A stretch of DNA of 63,903 nt, the filler included, from Salisapilia sapeloensis CBS 127946 (Eukaryota; Protista; Oomycota), in assembly GCA_023334545.1 (NCBI GenBank). It is 7 parts of 7 records of this genome, joined end to end, with 100 filler letters (N's around TTAATTAATTAA, not from the genome) between each part and the next. Parts side by side here need not be neighbours in the genome. Positions count along the whole stretch, not along the records: positions 1 to 17,692 come from JAADVB010000336.1; 6 more parts are not named here. The stretch is one strand, 5' to 3'. Both the position numbers and the translations under genes were made by a program. Shown one piece after another: positions 1-10,703 of this stretch. Position 1 is the first letter of the stretch; each line of letters starts with the position of its first letter. The notes beneath the pieces were generated by a model. It saw nothing but the letters and a program-made list of their open reading frames with translations, made no database searches and had not been told where the DNA came from.

Positions 1-63
1 GGTGACGAGCTCAGCGGTCACCTGGTCAAACGGCCTCGCATGGTTCCTTCCAACTACATCTAA
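1..63 (+). CDS. Probable 3' end of an unidentified duplicated gene (GDELSGHLVKRPRMVPSNYI*), 5'-truncated
   Basis: Open frame from the contig edge to TAA at 61-63; GC3 14/20; VPSNYI resembles an SH3 C-terminal strand but the WW motif is absent; short, so could be chance. Confidence 0.4.
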   Translation, partial: GDELSGHLVKRPRMVPSNYI

Positions 64-141
64 TGCTCGACGCCACTACCCTACTTAATGCCCAACAACT
101 ACATCACTCTAGATAGCCACGAACTGTCTACATGTAAATTA
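1..141 (+). repeat. Left arm of exact 141-bp inverted repeat bounding contig 1
   Basis: 1-141 is the exact reverse complement of 17552-17692; identity stops at 142/17551. Confidence 0.97.
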
Positions 142-444
142 AATACTACCAACAACTTCCAATTTAAACATTGCATTTGTGTTGAAGCTCGCGTAAAGTA
201 TAATAACTACGTCCATTGTATTTGAGTTCTCTCTCGGAATATTCACAGCGAATCATGCTCTGTGGGTTATATCTCCCGCGAAGATGTCCACAGCGAACGC
301 TTGAAATTTTTCTCATAGTGATGCGTTTCGTTCCTTTTTAATGGGTCGTGACGGTTCACTAAAATAGTCTCCGATAGATAGAAACTTGGTGGTCAAGTTG
401 TGATTGGTGGAAATCGATGGATACGTCCTGATACAAACATCTTA

Positions 445-1570
445 ATGAAGCGACGAGGTGGGTCCATGCGGCCGAGCGTGGTGGGCGAATATGAGAAGCA
501 TGAGGTTATCGGAAGAGGGGCTTATGGGATTGTGCATTGTGGGTACCATACAACCACTGGGCAGAAAGTGGCAATCAAAGAGTTTCGCAAGTACTCGAAA
601 GAGGACGAAACGAATGAAGAAGTCGAATGCATGAAGCTGTGTAAAGGTCAGAAGCACACTGTGCAGGTACACTTATCCGTTAAATAGTATATTTCTCATA
701 CCAAGCTAATTGGGCAAGTTGTAGCTTTTGGATGTTGTCCATGCCAATGAGAAACTCCACTTGATACTGGAGTATATGCATTCAGATCTCGAGACACAGA
801 TCGAATTGTCACCTGGCAAGTTACTATCCATCCCGCTACTTAAGTACTATCTACAGATGCTCCTTGAAGCAGTCTCAGAAGTACATGCGCTGAATCTGTT
901 GCATCGTGACTTGAAACCTGATAACCTATTGCTCCATAAGGACGACAAAATTGCGAAATTGACGGATTTTGGACTAGCTCGAACGACATCCGAGTCCGAT
1001 GACAAGATGAGTGTCGTCGTAGTCACAAGAGGGTATAGATGTCCTGAACTTTTCTTTGGCTCGCAATCCTACGGTACAGAAGTGGATATGTGGAGCGTCG
1101 GGTGTATCTTAGCAGAGATGGCGACTGGTGAAAAGATGTTTGCGAGCGACACGGACATCGGAACACTCGTTAAGATTTTTAAAGTCTTGGGTAGTCCGAA
1201 CGAGAACAACTGGAACGTGCGTATACATAGTACTAATAACTGTCGGTAAACACTGACGAACTGGTAGACGGCGGAGGAACTGCCGAGCTATTTCAAGTTT
1301 GTGGATACCAACCCACCATCTCTGCGGACTCAATTCCCTCGGTTGTCTACGAGCGGTGTTGACTTGCTGTCAAAGCTGTTGTGCCTTGATCCAACGAAGC
1401 GGATTGGAGCTTTAGAAGCCTTGGATCATTCATACTTTAAGGAAGAGCCATTGCCGTGCTCGGCAGCAGATGCAGTCGTACTGACAAAAGAGGTGGAAGA
1501 AGAGGATTCTAGTGAAGAGGAAGTGTACAGTTTCAAAGTTCGAAAGAAGATCGATTTAGATTCGGAATAA
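445..1570 (+). CDS. CDK-related (CMGC) Ser/Thr kinase, 3 exons (445-666, 725-1216, 1268-1570)
   Basis: GRGAYG, VAIK, HRDLKPDN, DFGLAR, VVTRGYRCPE, DMWSVGCILAEM; GT-AG introns 667-724 and 1217-1267 join the ORFs in frame. Confidence 0.92.
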
Positions 1571-2064
1571 CCAAATTGTCTATCCTCGCTTGATCTTGGT
1601 TTCGTTGAAAATCACATGCTGACGGACGACCGGGTCATACTATAAGCAGCTCATGAACAAACATACCATAGGACACATGAGTGTTTATTTACCTTGCGCA
1701 GAGACAATTTACGAGTAGTGTTGCGCGGGTTCTTTGTCGTCGTGTAGAAGAAGCCTGTGTTGGCAGAGCTCAACATCTTAATCACGACGCTTTTTGCTTT
1801 TCCCTACAATGTGAATGAAAAGTCGCTGTTAATCGACTAGTCCATTGCATGCAATGATGACTACGAAGGATGCAATCAAAGGGAAAGCTTCCTCGCCATA
1901 GTAAGAGCACATACCTTGGCCATCTTGTGCTTTTACGACCTTTGCTTCAATGGATGTCCACTCGTTGTATTTGTTGCAGACGACATACAATATGATTTGT
2001 CATTTAGTTGAAACGTATTCAAATATCGACAACAAAGCTCGACACAAAAAGACAAAAACGGACG

Positions 2065-2859
2065 ATGGAGGTAGAGCGAAACGTTTTCGCCTTTGTGCTC
2101 GTAGCAACGGCCTCGTCCGTGACGCTTGACTGGCTAAGATGCCCAGTCGCAGCGCGCATTATTTCATTCTCGACACTTGCCACTGCTTGGCTTGTCTATT
2201 TATCGAACCAACAACAGGTGAAAGCAATCATTGCCGCGCTGATCGTGCATTCGATCGCCGAGTACGTGCGCAAACCTTCATCTTCAGAAGAAAAATCTGT
2301 CTATTGGCTGCTTCTTTTCTCCAGAGTGATGCTGTGGGGAATGACATTTACCATCATGCCCATGTCACCTTCTGTCGAAGACGCGTGGATACAAGCGCCG
2401 TGGGTTATGCTTGCAACGACCGTGTACTACGAAATGGTAGAAGTGTCACTCTTGGTCTATTCGAATCAAGCTCGAATCACGTACTCCGTTGCGAACCGTC
2501 TGACGGTATGGGTATTGGCTGCAAGCATTGGATTGCTGCAAGCATCTCGGCTTCTGACCATAGTCGCCAACCTCCTCGACTTGTGCCAAATCCACCCATT
2601 CCACTTGGTGGTAGCGCTGGGATTGTGGATCTACAAAGACCTTCATACGCCTGTTGTAGCGTCCCCACTATCATCTAGTGAAGAAGACAGCGAGTTAGAA
2701 GCAACTGAGACTAGGTCAGGTTCGGGGTACAGAAGTTCGATAGATGAAAGCAGGACGCGACTATCACCAAGTGACGTCGCAACAAGGTTGGTCTTCGAAG
2801 GCAGCATGGAAGAGGCAATCGAAGAAGTTCACGTCAGCAAGCCGATAGATGGCTCCTAA
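2065..2859 (+). CDS. Uncharacterised multi-pass membrane protein with Ser/Glu-rich C-tail
   Basis: Long ORF with several hydrophobic segments; family not recognised. Confidence 0.7.
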   Translation: MEVERNVFAFVLVATASSVTLDWLRCPVAARIISFSTLATAWLVYLSNQQQVKAIIAALIVHSIAEYVRKPSSSEEKSVYWLLLFSRVMLWGMTFTIMPMSPSVEDAWIQAPWVMLATTVYYEMVEVSLLVYSNQARITYSVANRLTVWVLAASIGLLQASRLLTIVANLLDLCQIHPFHLVVALGLWIYKDLHTPVVASPLSSSEEDSELEATETRSGSGYRSSIDESRTRLSPSDVATRLVFEGSMEEAIEEVHVSKPIDGS

Positions 2860-3152
2860 CTTTTCTGTGAAGTAGATGAGTGATAACACATCGCAAGAGA
2901 TGTGAGCGTTCAGTTCTTTATTAATTGAGCGTTTACTTATACTTTGTTTGTTATTGTACCACTCGATATGCTCAGTGGAGGCAGCTGTAGCTTTCGCATT
3001 TTACTAGATCGGTCTGGCTCACTGTGAAGGGAGGATACTTGATTTCCTGATTCCTTAACACGACGTGACGCTAGCTTCTCTTTATTAGTTTTCAGAGATT
3101 TTATATCTCGATGCTGCTCGTCCTTGCTTAATCTATGGTAAAAAATAAGTGT

Positions 3153-4439
3153 TCAGATCCTAGAGATCGGTTGCCAATAGCAAACATACCGCGGTAATAA
3201 GGTTGGTTGTGGTTTTCGGAGCTTGGATGTGACCCTTGTATTCAGCGAAAGATCTCGGACATGGCAAAGAAGGGGTGCCAGCATCTTTTCATTCATCTCT
3301 GGTACCACATCCTGTGTGGTACTAGCGAAGATGGTAGATGAGTCCTTAGTTGTATCGACCAAAGTTGTATCTTCCCCGATACTTGAGCTTGTTTGTTCCT
3401 CTGATAAGGATAAAAATGGATGATGAAGGAGCTGAGTAATCGTTGGTCTTGCAAGTGGGTTGCGCTGTAAGCACAAACAAATGAAGTCTTTCGCCTAATT
3501 GGTCGTTAGCATTTCCGTAAGACAAATAGTGCCAATAGGCATTAGGCTTTCTTACGTTTTCAGACAAAGATGATGGCACTTCTGGGACTTCATCCGTCTT
3601 GACAAGTTTGTATAATATAGCAATAGGCTCTAGAGACTTGTATTGTGACCATGGCTTCTGCTTCGTCAGCATTTCCAAAACGCAGCAACCAAGACTCCAC
3701 ACTTCGGCTTGCTTCCAGTCTTGGAAAGAGTCCTCAACGTCTAAAAGCTCGCCCTTGGCTACTTCAGGTGCCATCCATTGAGGTGTTCCTTCGAGCTTAT
3801 ATTCCTTCTCTTGGTTACCACACATAATTGCACTGTCAAAATCGCCAAGCTTGATATTATGCCGTTGTTGATCGATGAAGAAATTGGCACATTTGAGATC
3901 GCGATGAATGATATGACTCTGATGCAGGGACTCGACAGCAGTAAGCATGCGTCGGACACAGTGTTTTAATTGAGGCATGGTCAGCGCCTCCAAGTGCGAT
4001 GAAAGACTACCACCGTCTAGGTGCTCCATGTAAGTGTAGAGCTTTTTGGTTTTCGACTTTTTCGAGTTGAGCTTTTCGATGATTTTGTAAATCCGCACAA
4101 GGTTTCGATTACTCTGTGCCTTGAGCTGGCCCAAGATTTGTTTCACGCGGTGAACATCATCTTCGGACCATCGAGACGTATTTACTACCTTCAAAGCTAG
4201 GCATTTCCGAGTCTGTGCTTCTTCACATCGATAGATACATCCTTGAGCTCTAGATATACAAAGACCACAAGTCCTGTCAGTTACCATTTACTTTAGTGTA
4301 GACTGTGGTCAAAGACGCACCCTTGCCCAATTTTCTCTTTTCGATTCCACTGACGTGACTTGGTTTTATTAAAGGGCGCAACGTTGGGGCTCACGGTCTC
4401 CTCGTTGTGCGACAGATCAGTTTCCAATTCACACGCCAT
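3153..4439 (-). CDS. STE11/MAP3K-like kinase, atypical; 3 exons (4439-4321, 4249-3556, about 3494-3153)
   Basis: Spliced model gives WNRKEKIGQGAQGCIY, LALK, HRDLKCAN, DFD, GTPQWMAPE, AKDFICLCLQRNPLARPT; introns GTGCGT..CTAG and GTAAG..TTAG. Confidence 0.88.
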
Positions 4440-4467
4440 GGTCGGATTGTACGATGAGGTCCTCGGA

Positions 4468-4484
4468 GCAAACGTAGAAATGAG
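4468..4484 (-). promoter_or_regulatory. Oomycete INR+FPR core promoter of the MAP3K-like gene
   Basis: Minus strand CTCATTTCTACGTTTGC about 30-45 nt upstream of the ATG at 4439; resembles the published consensus GCTCATTYYNCAWTTT. Confidence 0.55.
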
Positions 4485-5125
4485 AATTTAGCCTGGGTAC
4501 GAAGATCCAGCGAAAGCTGCATGCGTAGAGTCTATCGGCGCGAATGATGAATCAGTCCGTTTCGAAACGGAGTTCCATTCGTCAGTAGTAGTCTTAATCC
4601 GCACGCCAGCTAGTAGTAACTTGGGTCAGGAGGCACGTGTATTGCTTGATCTTTGTCCAACGAACGATGCCAACTATTGCTCAGGCGTTCATAACGTTGT
4701 ATCGAGATACATTTACATCCGAAAGGGTACGTGGCCCATCTGAGCGTCTCTTGAAAATACACCATCCGTTCCTTCACGACGTAACTAACAATACTCACTT
4801 ATGAGACGAAGCTATACAAATCGTCCGCGTTGCGCGCTTCCTTCTTCCCAATACGTAAAATGGCGAAAGAAACTGTCATAACCACTTGACTAAACCTACT
4901 ACCTCGCTCACATCATCTGCTTCCTATTCCCCCATCTTACTTACATCCTCCTCTTCCTCCATCTTTTCAACTCAGGTTATACGAATCAGTTCAAATGCGA
5001 GATAAATTAACTTGTATCTGCAGTCGTCCAATCGTATATCGTGCACGTACCTCTTTTCCAGTGATCGGACCGAACAAATTGCGAACAAAATAATTGAAAA
5101 CCGTCTTCTTTCACGACGGAGGAGC

Positions 5126-6793
5126 ATGACCAGCGTCGAGATGACTTCACGCAATAGCGTTCCTGGTGCCGATCGGCTCCATGTCCGCTTGGATGAACGA
5201 CAAATGTACAGAGTGGACTGGGTGGATGGAAACGCGTTCGGGTTTCGAGTAGCCCCCCTCCGTTGTGATCGTGGCACCGTCCTCATGCTTTCACGACGTA
5301 CAGCTTCGTTGGACCAGCTAGAACAAGCTGGACTTCATGGTGTCGTCCCAGGCGACTTGCTCGTAGCCATTGGCAAGGAAAAAGTATACAAACTAGGTGG
5401 CGATGCAGCCGCAAAGTACCTTCAGTACGTCAAGAAGCCTGTGCAACTGACACTCCAATTGAGTCCGTTCGGTCCAACAGGAGGGTCCAATCCTCTTCCA
5501 GACTTGTCTCCGAACGAATATACTTGCGTGTGGGAGTCTGGTCCGTTAGGAATTGTGTTTGCACCAGACCGGATCGAACGACTGCCTCGTGTCAAGAGGC
5601 TGACTGGCAAATCAGAGAACCCAATGATGCTGCAGGATGTCGCGGTGGGAGATCATCTCGTATACGCGAATCACCTACTTGCTAGTGACTGGAAGATGAA
5701 GGACTTGATTCCAAAGTTACAGCGAATGACCAAGCCGGTACTGCTTCGATTCCGAAAGCCGTTGGAAGGGGATGATGCAGTTGCGCTGCCGCCACTAGAA
5801 GATGACGAGTATGAGTTTCTGTGGGAGTACGGACCTCTTGGCCTTGTCATTGGAGTGGCCAAATCCGGTCTACCATTCGTTCGTTCGTTCACAGGCAAAG
5901 GCACGTCCAACCAGCTGGACCTTGTCCAGCCTCACGATGAGATCGTGATGGTGAATGATAAATTCGCTTCCGAGGAAGGATTCACAAAGATCATGGACTT
6001 TATCATGCACGTCCCGAAGCCTGCTGTCATTCGTTTCCGTCGTGCGTCTGCTGCTGCGCATGAAGGTATCCGGGAGAGTGAAGACTTACATGCCTTCGAC
6101 GCCCAACACGACCTTACTTTCCATCACCATCGTTCCACTTCGGATAATACGGCACCGCTCTACTTTAACGATATGTCGCACGACCAACATGGCCAACAGC
6201 CCAAGTCTTCGATGGATGCACCTGGACGCCGCTTTGGCGATGACTATGATGAAACTGTCGAGTACACGGACTTGTCTGCCTCTATGGGTAACATTCGACT
6301 GGGTGGTAACTCGGAGACACTTCGAGAGAATGCTCGTCGAGCGAGTGAATGGTCGAACAATTCTGGAATGAATCATCCTTCGATCCACGAAAAGTCCCCG
6401 ATGGACTTCTCGAACAACCGAGAGCAGAGTTTGTTGAGCATGCACTCTTCCTCTGGCTTTCTCGACTCACCACAACAAGTGCCGAGTGGATCGTCCAATA
6501 GCATGGAAGTTGAATTCTTCGAGTCGGACTCGACTGCCAATTATCAGATCAAGTGGACTGACGGACCGTTCGGCTTTACCGTTCGAGAAGCACGTACGGA
6601 ACTAGGATCAGCGATGTTGGTGACGAAACGTACTGGGAAGAGCACTTGCAAAGGACTTCGAAGAGCGGCGGTGGGAGATATTCTGGTGCAGATTGGCGAC
6701 AAAAGTGTCGCGGAGCTAGGATTTGAACAGGCGACACAATACTTGCGGCAGGTTGCAAAGCCTGTCTCGCTTACATTCCAAGCTATCGACTGA
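5126..6793 (+). CDS. Multi-PDZ scaffold protein (four PDZ-like repeats)
   Basis: Four repeats W-x(1-3)-G-[P/NA]-[LF]-G-hydrophobic ... GD-x-[LI]-V ... KP-[VA]-x-[LI]-x-[FL]; long single ORF. Confidence 0.85.
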   Translation: MTSVEMTSRNSVPGADRLHVRLDERQMYRVDWVDGNAFGFRVAPLRCDRGTVLMLSRRTASLDQLEQAGLHGVVPGDLLVAIGKEKVYKLGGDAAAKYLQYVKKPVQLTLQLSPFGPTGGSNPLPDLSPNEYTCVWESGPLGIVFAPDRIERLPRVKRLTGKSENPMMLQDVAVGDHLVYANHLLASDWKMKDLIPKLQRMTKPVLLRFRKPLEGDDAVALPPLEDDEYEFLWEYGPLGLVIGVAKSGLPFVRSFTGKGTSNQLDLVQPHDEIVMVNDKFASEEGFTKIMDFIMHVPKPAVIRFRRASAAAHEGIRESEDLHAFDAQHDLTFHHHRSTSDNTAPLYFNDMSHDQHGQQPKSSMDAPGRRFGDDYDETVEYTDLSASMGNIRLGGNSETLRENARRASEWSNNSGMNHPSIHEKSPMDFSNNREQSLLSMHSSSGFLDSPQQVPSGSSNSMEVEFFESDSTANYQIKWTDGPFGFTVREARTELGSAMLVTKRTGKSTCKGLRRAAVGDILVQIGDKSVAELGFEQATQYLRQVAKPVSLTFQAID

Positions 6794-7041
6794 GAGGATA
6801 GGCTTTAAGGATATTGTATCGAATATCCACAAGGACAAAATGAATTTGCAATTTCCATTCCTTTATAGTTTTGCAATCAAGTCGAGTCGATTTTCCTATA
6901 TCAAAAAAGGCATCGAAGGCTGACGTGACCTTCGACTCTAATATTAGACTTTGTGTGTAGTCTCCGCTAGAAATAGCACGAGTCGTGGGACCTGTTTAAA
7001 GTCACAAGGTAGTTTGCTACTTGGATTGCTCCCTTCGAACG

Positions 7042-8213
7042 ATGGTCGACAAGTTTCCCGCCGAGTTTCTTGAAAAGTATGAACCTGGACGAGTCATCGG
7101 TGAAGGTAGGGCTTTAACGATAGTAAGATGACATGATGTACAGCACTCATGTATATTTGCAGGGAACTTTTCGATCGTGAAAGAGTGTGTTAGACGTGAT
7201 GATGGCGTCAAATTCGCTGTCAAGTGTGTCAACAAGAATGCATTGAACCCGAAAGACCGGTCGAACTTGAAACAAGAGATCAAGATCTTGTGTCAGCTGG
7301 ATCACCCGAACATCATCAAACTGTTCGATGTGTATGAAGATAATCACGGCATGGTCTTTCTAGTACTGGAGTTTGCCGAAGGTGGTGAACTATTTGATCG
7401 TATCATATCGAAAGAATACTATTCGGAAGCAGAGGCGAAGAAAGTCGTGCGATGTGTTGCAAAAGTGCTGGACTATTGCCATAGTCGAGGTATCAGTCAC
7501 CGAGACCTTAAACCTGAGAACCTCTTGTACGAGGATGATAATCCCACAGCTCGGTTGAAAATTGCCGACTTTGGTTTTGCCAAAGTGGCAACACCAGACC
7601 GTGGAATGTCAACGATGTGTGGTACCCCAGGTTACTACGCACCTGAGATCATTCGTAAGGAAGCATATGACTCCAAGTGCGATATATGGAGCTTGGTAAG
7701 TAGCTTATTCATAGTTGATTCGCGGTATTGGCCGAACTTCTTTTCTTCTCATCATTGGGTTAACGATAGGGTGTGATCACTTACATATTGCTCTGTGGTT
7801 TTCCTCCGTTTTATGATGAAAATCAAAACGAAGAAATGCGAAAGATTCTCCACAGTGACTTCGAATTCGTTTCACCGTACTTTGATGGTATTTCCCGCCA
7901 AGCGAAAGATCTCATCACACGCATGTTGGTTGTGAATGCGAAAAAGCGACTAAGTGTCAAGGTACGTCACAGTAGTCTCCATATTGATGAGATAGAAACT
8001 TACTTCATTTCCACTTGGCAGGAAGTACTCAACCACCCATGGTTGAAGGACTGTGATGACGACGATGGGCCTATGCTACAAGTGGGAAAGAATATGGTAG
8101 CTGCTCGAAAATTAACGGCGCGAAATAAGTTTAGAGCTGGAGTTGGTGCTGTCTTAGCTGTGACCAAAACGAAGCGCTTACTTGGTCTACGCCAGAAAGA
8201 AGCGCAAAGCTAG
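7042..8213 (+). CDS. CaMK1-like Ca2+/calmodulin-dependent kinase, 4 exons (7042-7105, 7163-7695, 7770-7961, 8022-8213)
   Basis: IGEGNFSIV, FAVK, HRDLKPEN, DFGFAK, CGTPGYYAPE, C-terminal CaM-binding-like helix ARNKFRAGVGAVLAV; three GT-AG introns keep the frame. Confidence 0.93.
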
Positions 8214-8524
8214 CATTTCAGACTACCCCGATCGACTTTCAAGTTAGCTCTCTGGAACGATGGATATGTTTGAATGCATTTACAACAAAAGTGATGGACT
8301 GTGTCTTTAAAATTCTGGTTGGCATCTTTCTCTCACCACTTTATGCTCTGGTAGCTTCGACAGCAGTATACTGTTCCGTTACGCAAGTATTCTAGAGATC
8401 AATCTCCTAATAAGTATCAATCTGGACAATCTAGAAAGTAGGAACGAAGCTAAAAATAGGATATGGACTTGTACACTTCTTTATTTCCTTTTCATTCTCC
8501 GTGTGCTTGATAAGATCTGAACGA

Positions 8525-9175
8525 ATGGCTTTCTTCGGATTGACGAATTTGGGATCTCAAGATCCGTTCGAAAATGCAAAGATAACTCCGCTGCATGCGT
8601 TTGCGGAAAGAGATTTCCAGTTCGCTTTCATGGCGGTCGCTCACCCGGGCTATGCTCCTCGTTCAGAGTCGAAAGAAAAGGCTGAAAAGTCTCAAGCTGC
8701 GATAGAAACAGCTCGCATCACTTTCGATCAGCTTGATTTCGTCCTACAGAAACTCTACAAGTGTCCAAAAGACGAGGACAATGTTCCTGTTCCTGTAAAA
8801 ACCTTGGTGAAAGATGGATTTGCGCATCAGCTAGCAAGTCAGGAGCATGAGATCAGCTTAAAAGAGTTCATAGAGATCATGAAAGAGATGTCTGTTGTGT
8901 CGGAGCAACATGAGAAAGAAGAGCTAGGGAAAGTATATGCTATAGACGGACTATCTAGTCGCGAATTCGTTTCCAGCAATGCCTTTAAAGCGCACTTGGC
9001 AAAGCATGAGCGTATGACGAAAGATCCGAAAGACAAAACTATGGTACCAATGACGGATTCTCAAACATTAGGCTGGGAGAAAGTTACCATTCCGACAGAG
9101 AGGAAGCCAAAGAAAAGTTGTGAAGAAACACAGTATGCTAGTGCGATGGTTAAGGCTGGGCAGTACTACTGTTAA
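8525..9175 (+). CDS. Ciliary microtubule-inner-protein-like (TEX49/SPMIP11-like)
   Basis: N-terminus MAFFGLTNLGSQDPF and C-terminal PMTDSQTLGW...KKSCEETQYA resemble recalled TEX49 motifs (MAFFxLxxLGxQxxF; PLTDAQ). Confidence 0.6.
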   Translation: MAFFGLTNLGSQDPFENAKITPLHAFAERDFQFAFMAVAHPGYAPRSESKEKAEKSQAAIETARITFDQLDFVLQKLYKCPKDEDNVPVPVKTLVKDGFAHQLASQEHEISLKEFIEIMKEMSVVSEQHEKEELGKVYAIDGLSSREFVSSNAFKAHLAKHERMTKDPKDKTMVPMTDSQTLGWEKVTIPTERKPKKSCEETQYASAMVKAGQYYC

Positions 9176-9303
9176 AGAAATCAAACTCCTTATATCCAAG
9201 CTAAACCAAAATACGAATTGTTGCTTCCAAAGTGATAAAAGAGACTAGCTATTCTTTTGTTGTCCGAAAGTGATATGAAATGCTTGTCTTGCGTACGTGA
9301 ACC

Positions 9304-10128
9304 TTAGACATGATCCGATTTTTTGCCCTTGCCTTTGTGGTCGTGCTTGTGGCGTCCAGTAACCTTAAATTGAATGGCCAAGCCAATCATGGTCACCACG
9401 ACAATAGCAGCCAAGTAGCCCCACCAAGCACCTGGGATGTCGACAGTGTACTTGCCATCCGCTCCTTGCGTTCGGTATTCCTTTAAATCGGAGTAATCTG
9501 GGAAGTGTCCAATGAAGTGACCAATGCCACGCATGAAGAGGTAGGCACCGACAAGACTCGTCGCGACGATCATCACGGGTTTCTCAATCTTATGAGCTGC
9601 AATACCTCCAGCAATACCGAATATAATGATCATAACTAAAAGAGCAGCGTCCGGATTCTTTGGCGAGATGTACAAGCCAAACGAGGTGTGGAACATGATA
9701 GCGAGAGCAACACCACCGGCGATGCCGATGAGCCAGATACCGGCAGAGTAGATGCACAAGACCAAAATGCCCAAGAAGAGAGCACCGACGCAGAAGCTGA
9801 CCCAAAGCATAGTAATGTTGTCCGGTTCGTCACTGACAAAGTTATAGACCGTGTCCACGAGCGTGGAGGCGGCGATGCCACCCACTAAAGCAGCGCAGAT
9901 GAACATCATCGGCCGAAGGAGCTTGTATCCGAATGCAATGCAGGCGATGCCTACTGGTATCGCAATGGCTGCCACGACGGACGGTACGGTTGAAAGGTGC
10001 TCGACTTTGTCTCGGACATCCAACGGTGATTCCTCACTGCCATCTTGCATTTGAGCAGCGAATACGGACGACATGAACAAACACACTTGCATCAGCATGC
10101 AAGACGGTAGAGCACGGTAGAGTCCCAT
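9304..10128 (-). CDS. DUF4203/TMEM198-like membrane protein with signal peptide
   Basis: Signal-like N-terminus, about 7 Gly-rich TM helices, FGYKLLRPMMF and ATSLVGAY motifs. Confidence 0.85.
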   Translation of the reverse strand: MGLYRALPSCMLMQVCLFMSSVFAAQMQDGSEESPLDVRDKVEHLSTVPSVVAAIAIPVGIACIAFGYKLLRPMMFICAALVGGIAASTLVDTVYNFVSDEPDNITMLWVSFCVGALFLGILVLCIYSAGIWLIGIAGGVALAIMFHTSFGLYISPKNPDAALLVMIIIFGIAGGIAAHKIEKPVMIVATSLVGAYLFMRGIGHFIGHFPDYSDLKEYRTQGADGKYTVDIPGAWWGYLAAIVVVTMIGLAIQFKVTGRHKHDHKGKGKKSDHV

Positions 10129-10703
10129 TGCAAAGATGTTACTTTGATGTGTGGGGAGCGAGCAGAAAGAAAAGTGAGCAGAGGTCGCGGTAGCAGCTCA
10201 TCACGACCAGACTGGATTCTGTGCACCCATATGACGGGTACAAAACGAATCCTTAAAATGTATAATTTCCACCCATGTAAAGTATGGTCAGCAACCCTTA
10301 GGAATTAATTTCTACGAGTGCCACCTCTATCGTGCTCTGTATGATAGGGAAACTCAATGATGAGCGTGCGTAGAAATAGTTCTGTGCCATGATACGAGAT
10401 CGAGATCGATGTCTCTATATTTTGGCCAGGACAGATTCAACTTGCTAGCTTTGGCAATGAATTCCACTTACTCTTTTTGAGGACTACAATCAGAATCCGC
10501 GCTTGAGTCCATGCCGTGAGTACATGCGCCAGACCCAGAACCCAGATTCCCGGATGTAACATTCTCCGTGTATCGTATAGTACGTGTCTGCTGATCAGCA
10601 TCGATTCATCCAACCATCTTGTCGTTGTCCAACGCTCAATCTGTGGCAAGTCCCTTCAAGGCATCAAAATCCTATAATTTATCGTCCAACTAGTCACTTC
10701 ATA

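Noticed and set aside
244-297. CACAGCGAA direct repeat (244-252, 289-297) upstream of the CDK
   Set aside because: Only two 9-mers; compatible with chance, no other support.
2065-2859. HACD/PTPLA dehydratase assignment
   Set aside because: Only a weak SRVMLWG resemblance; the catalytic YP.G..E motif was not found.
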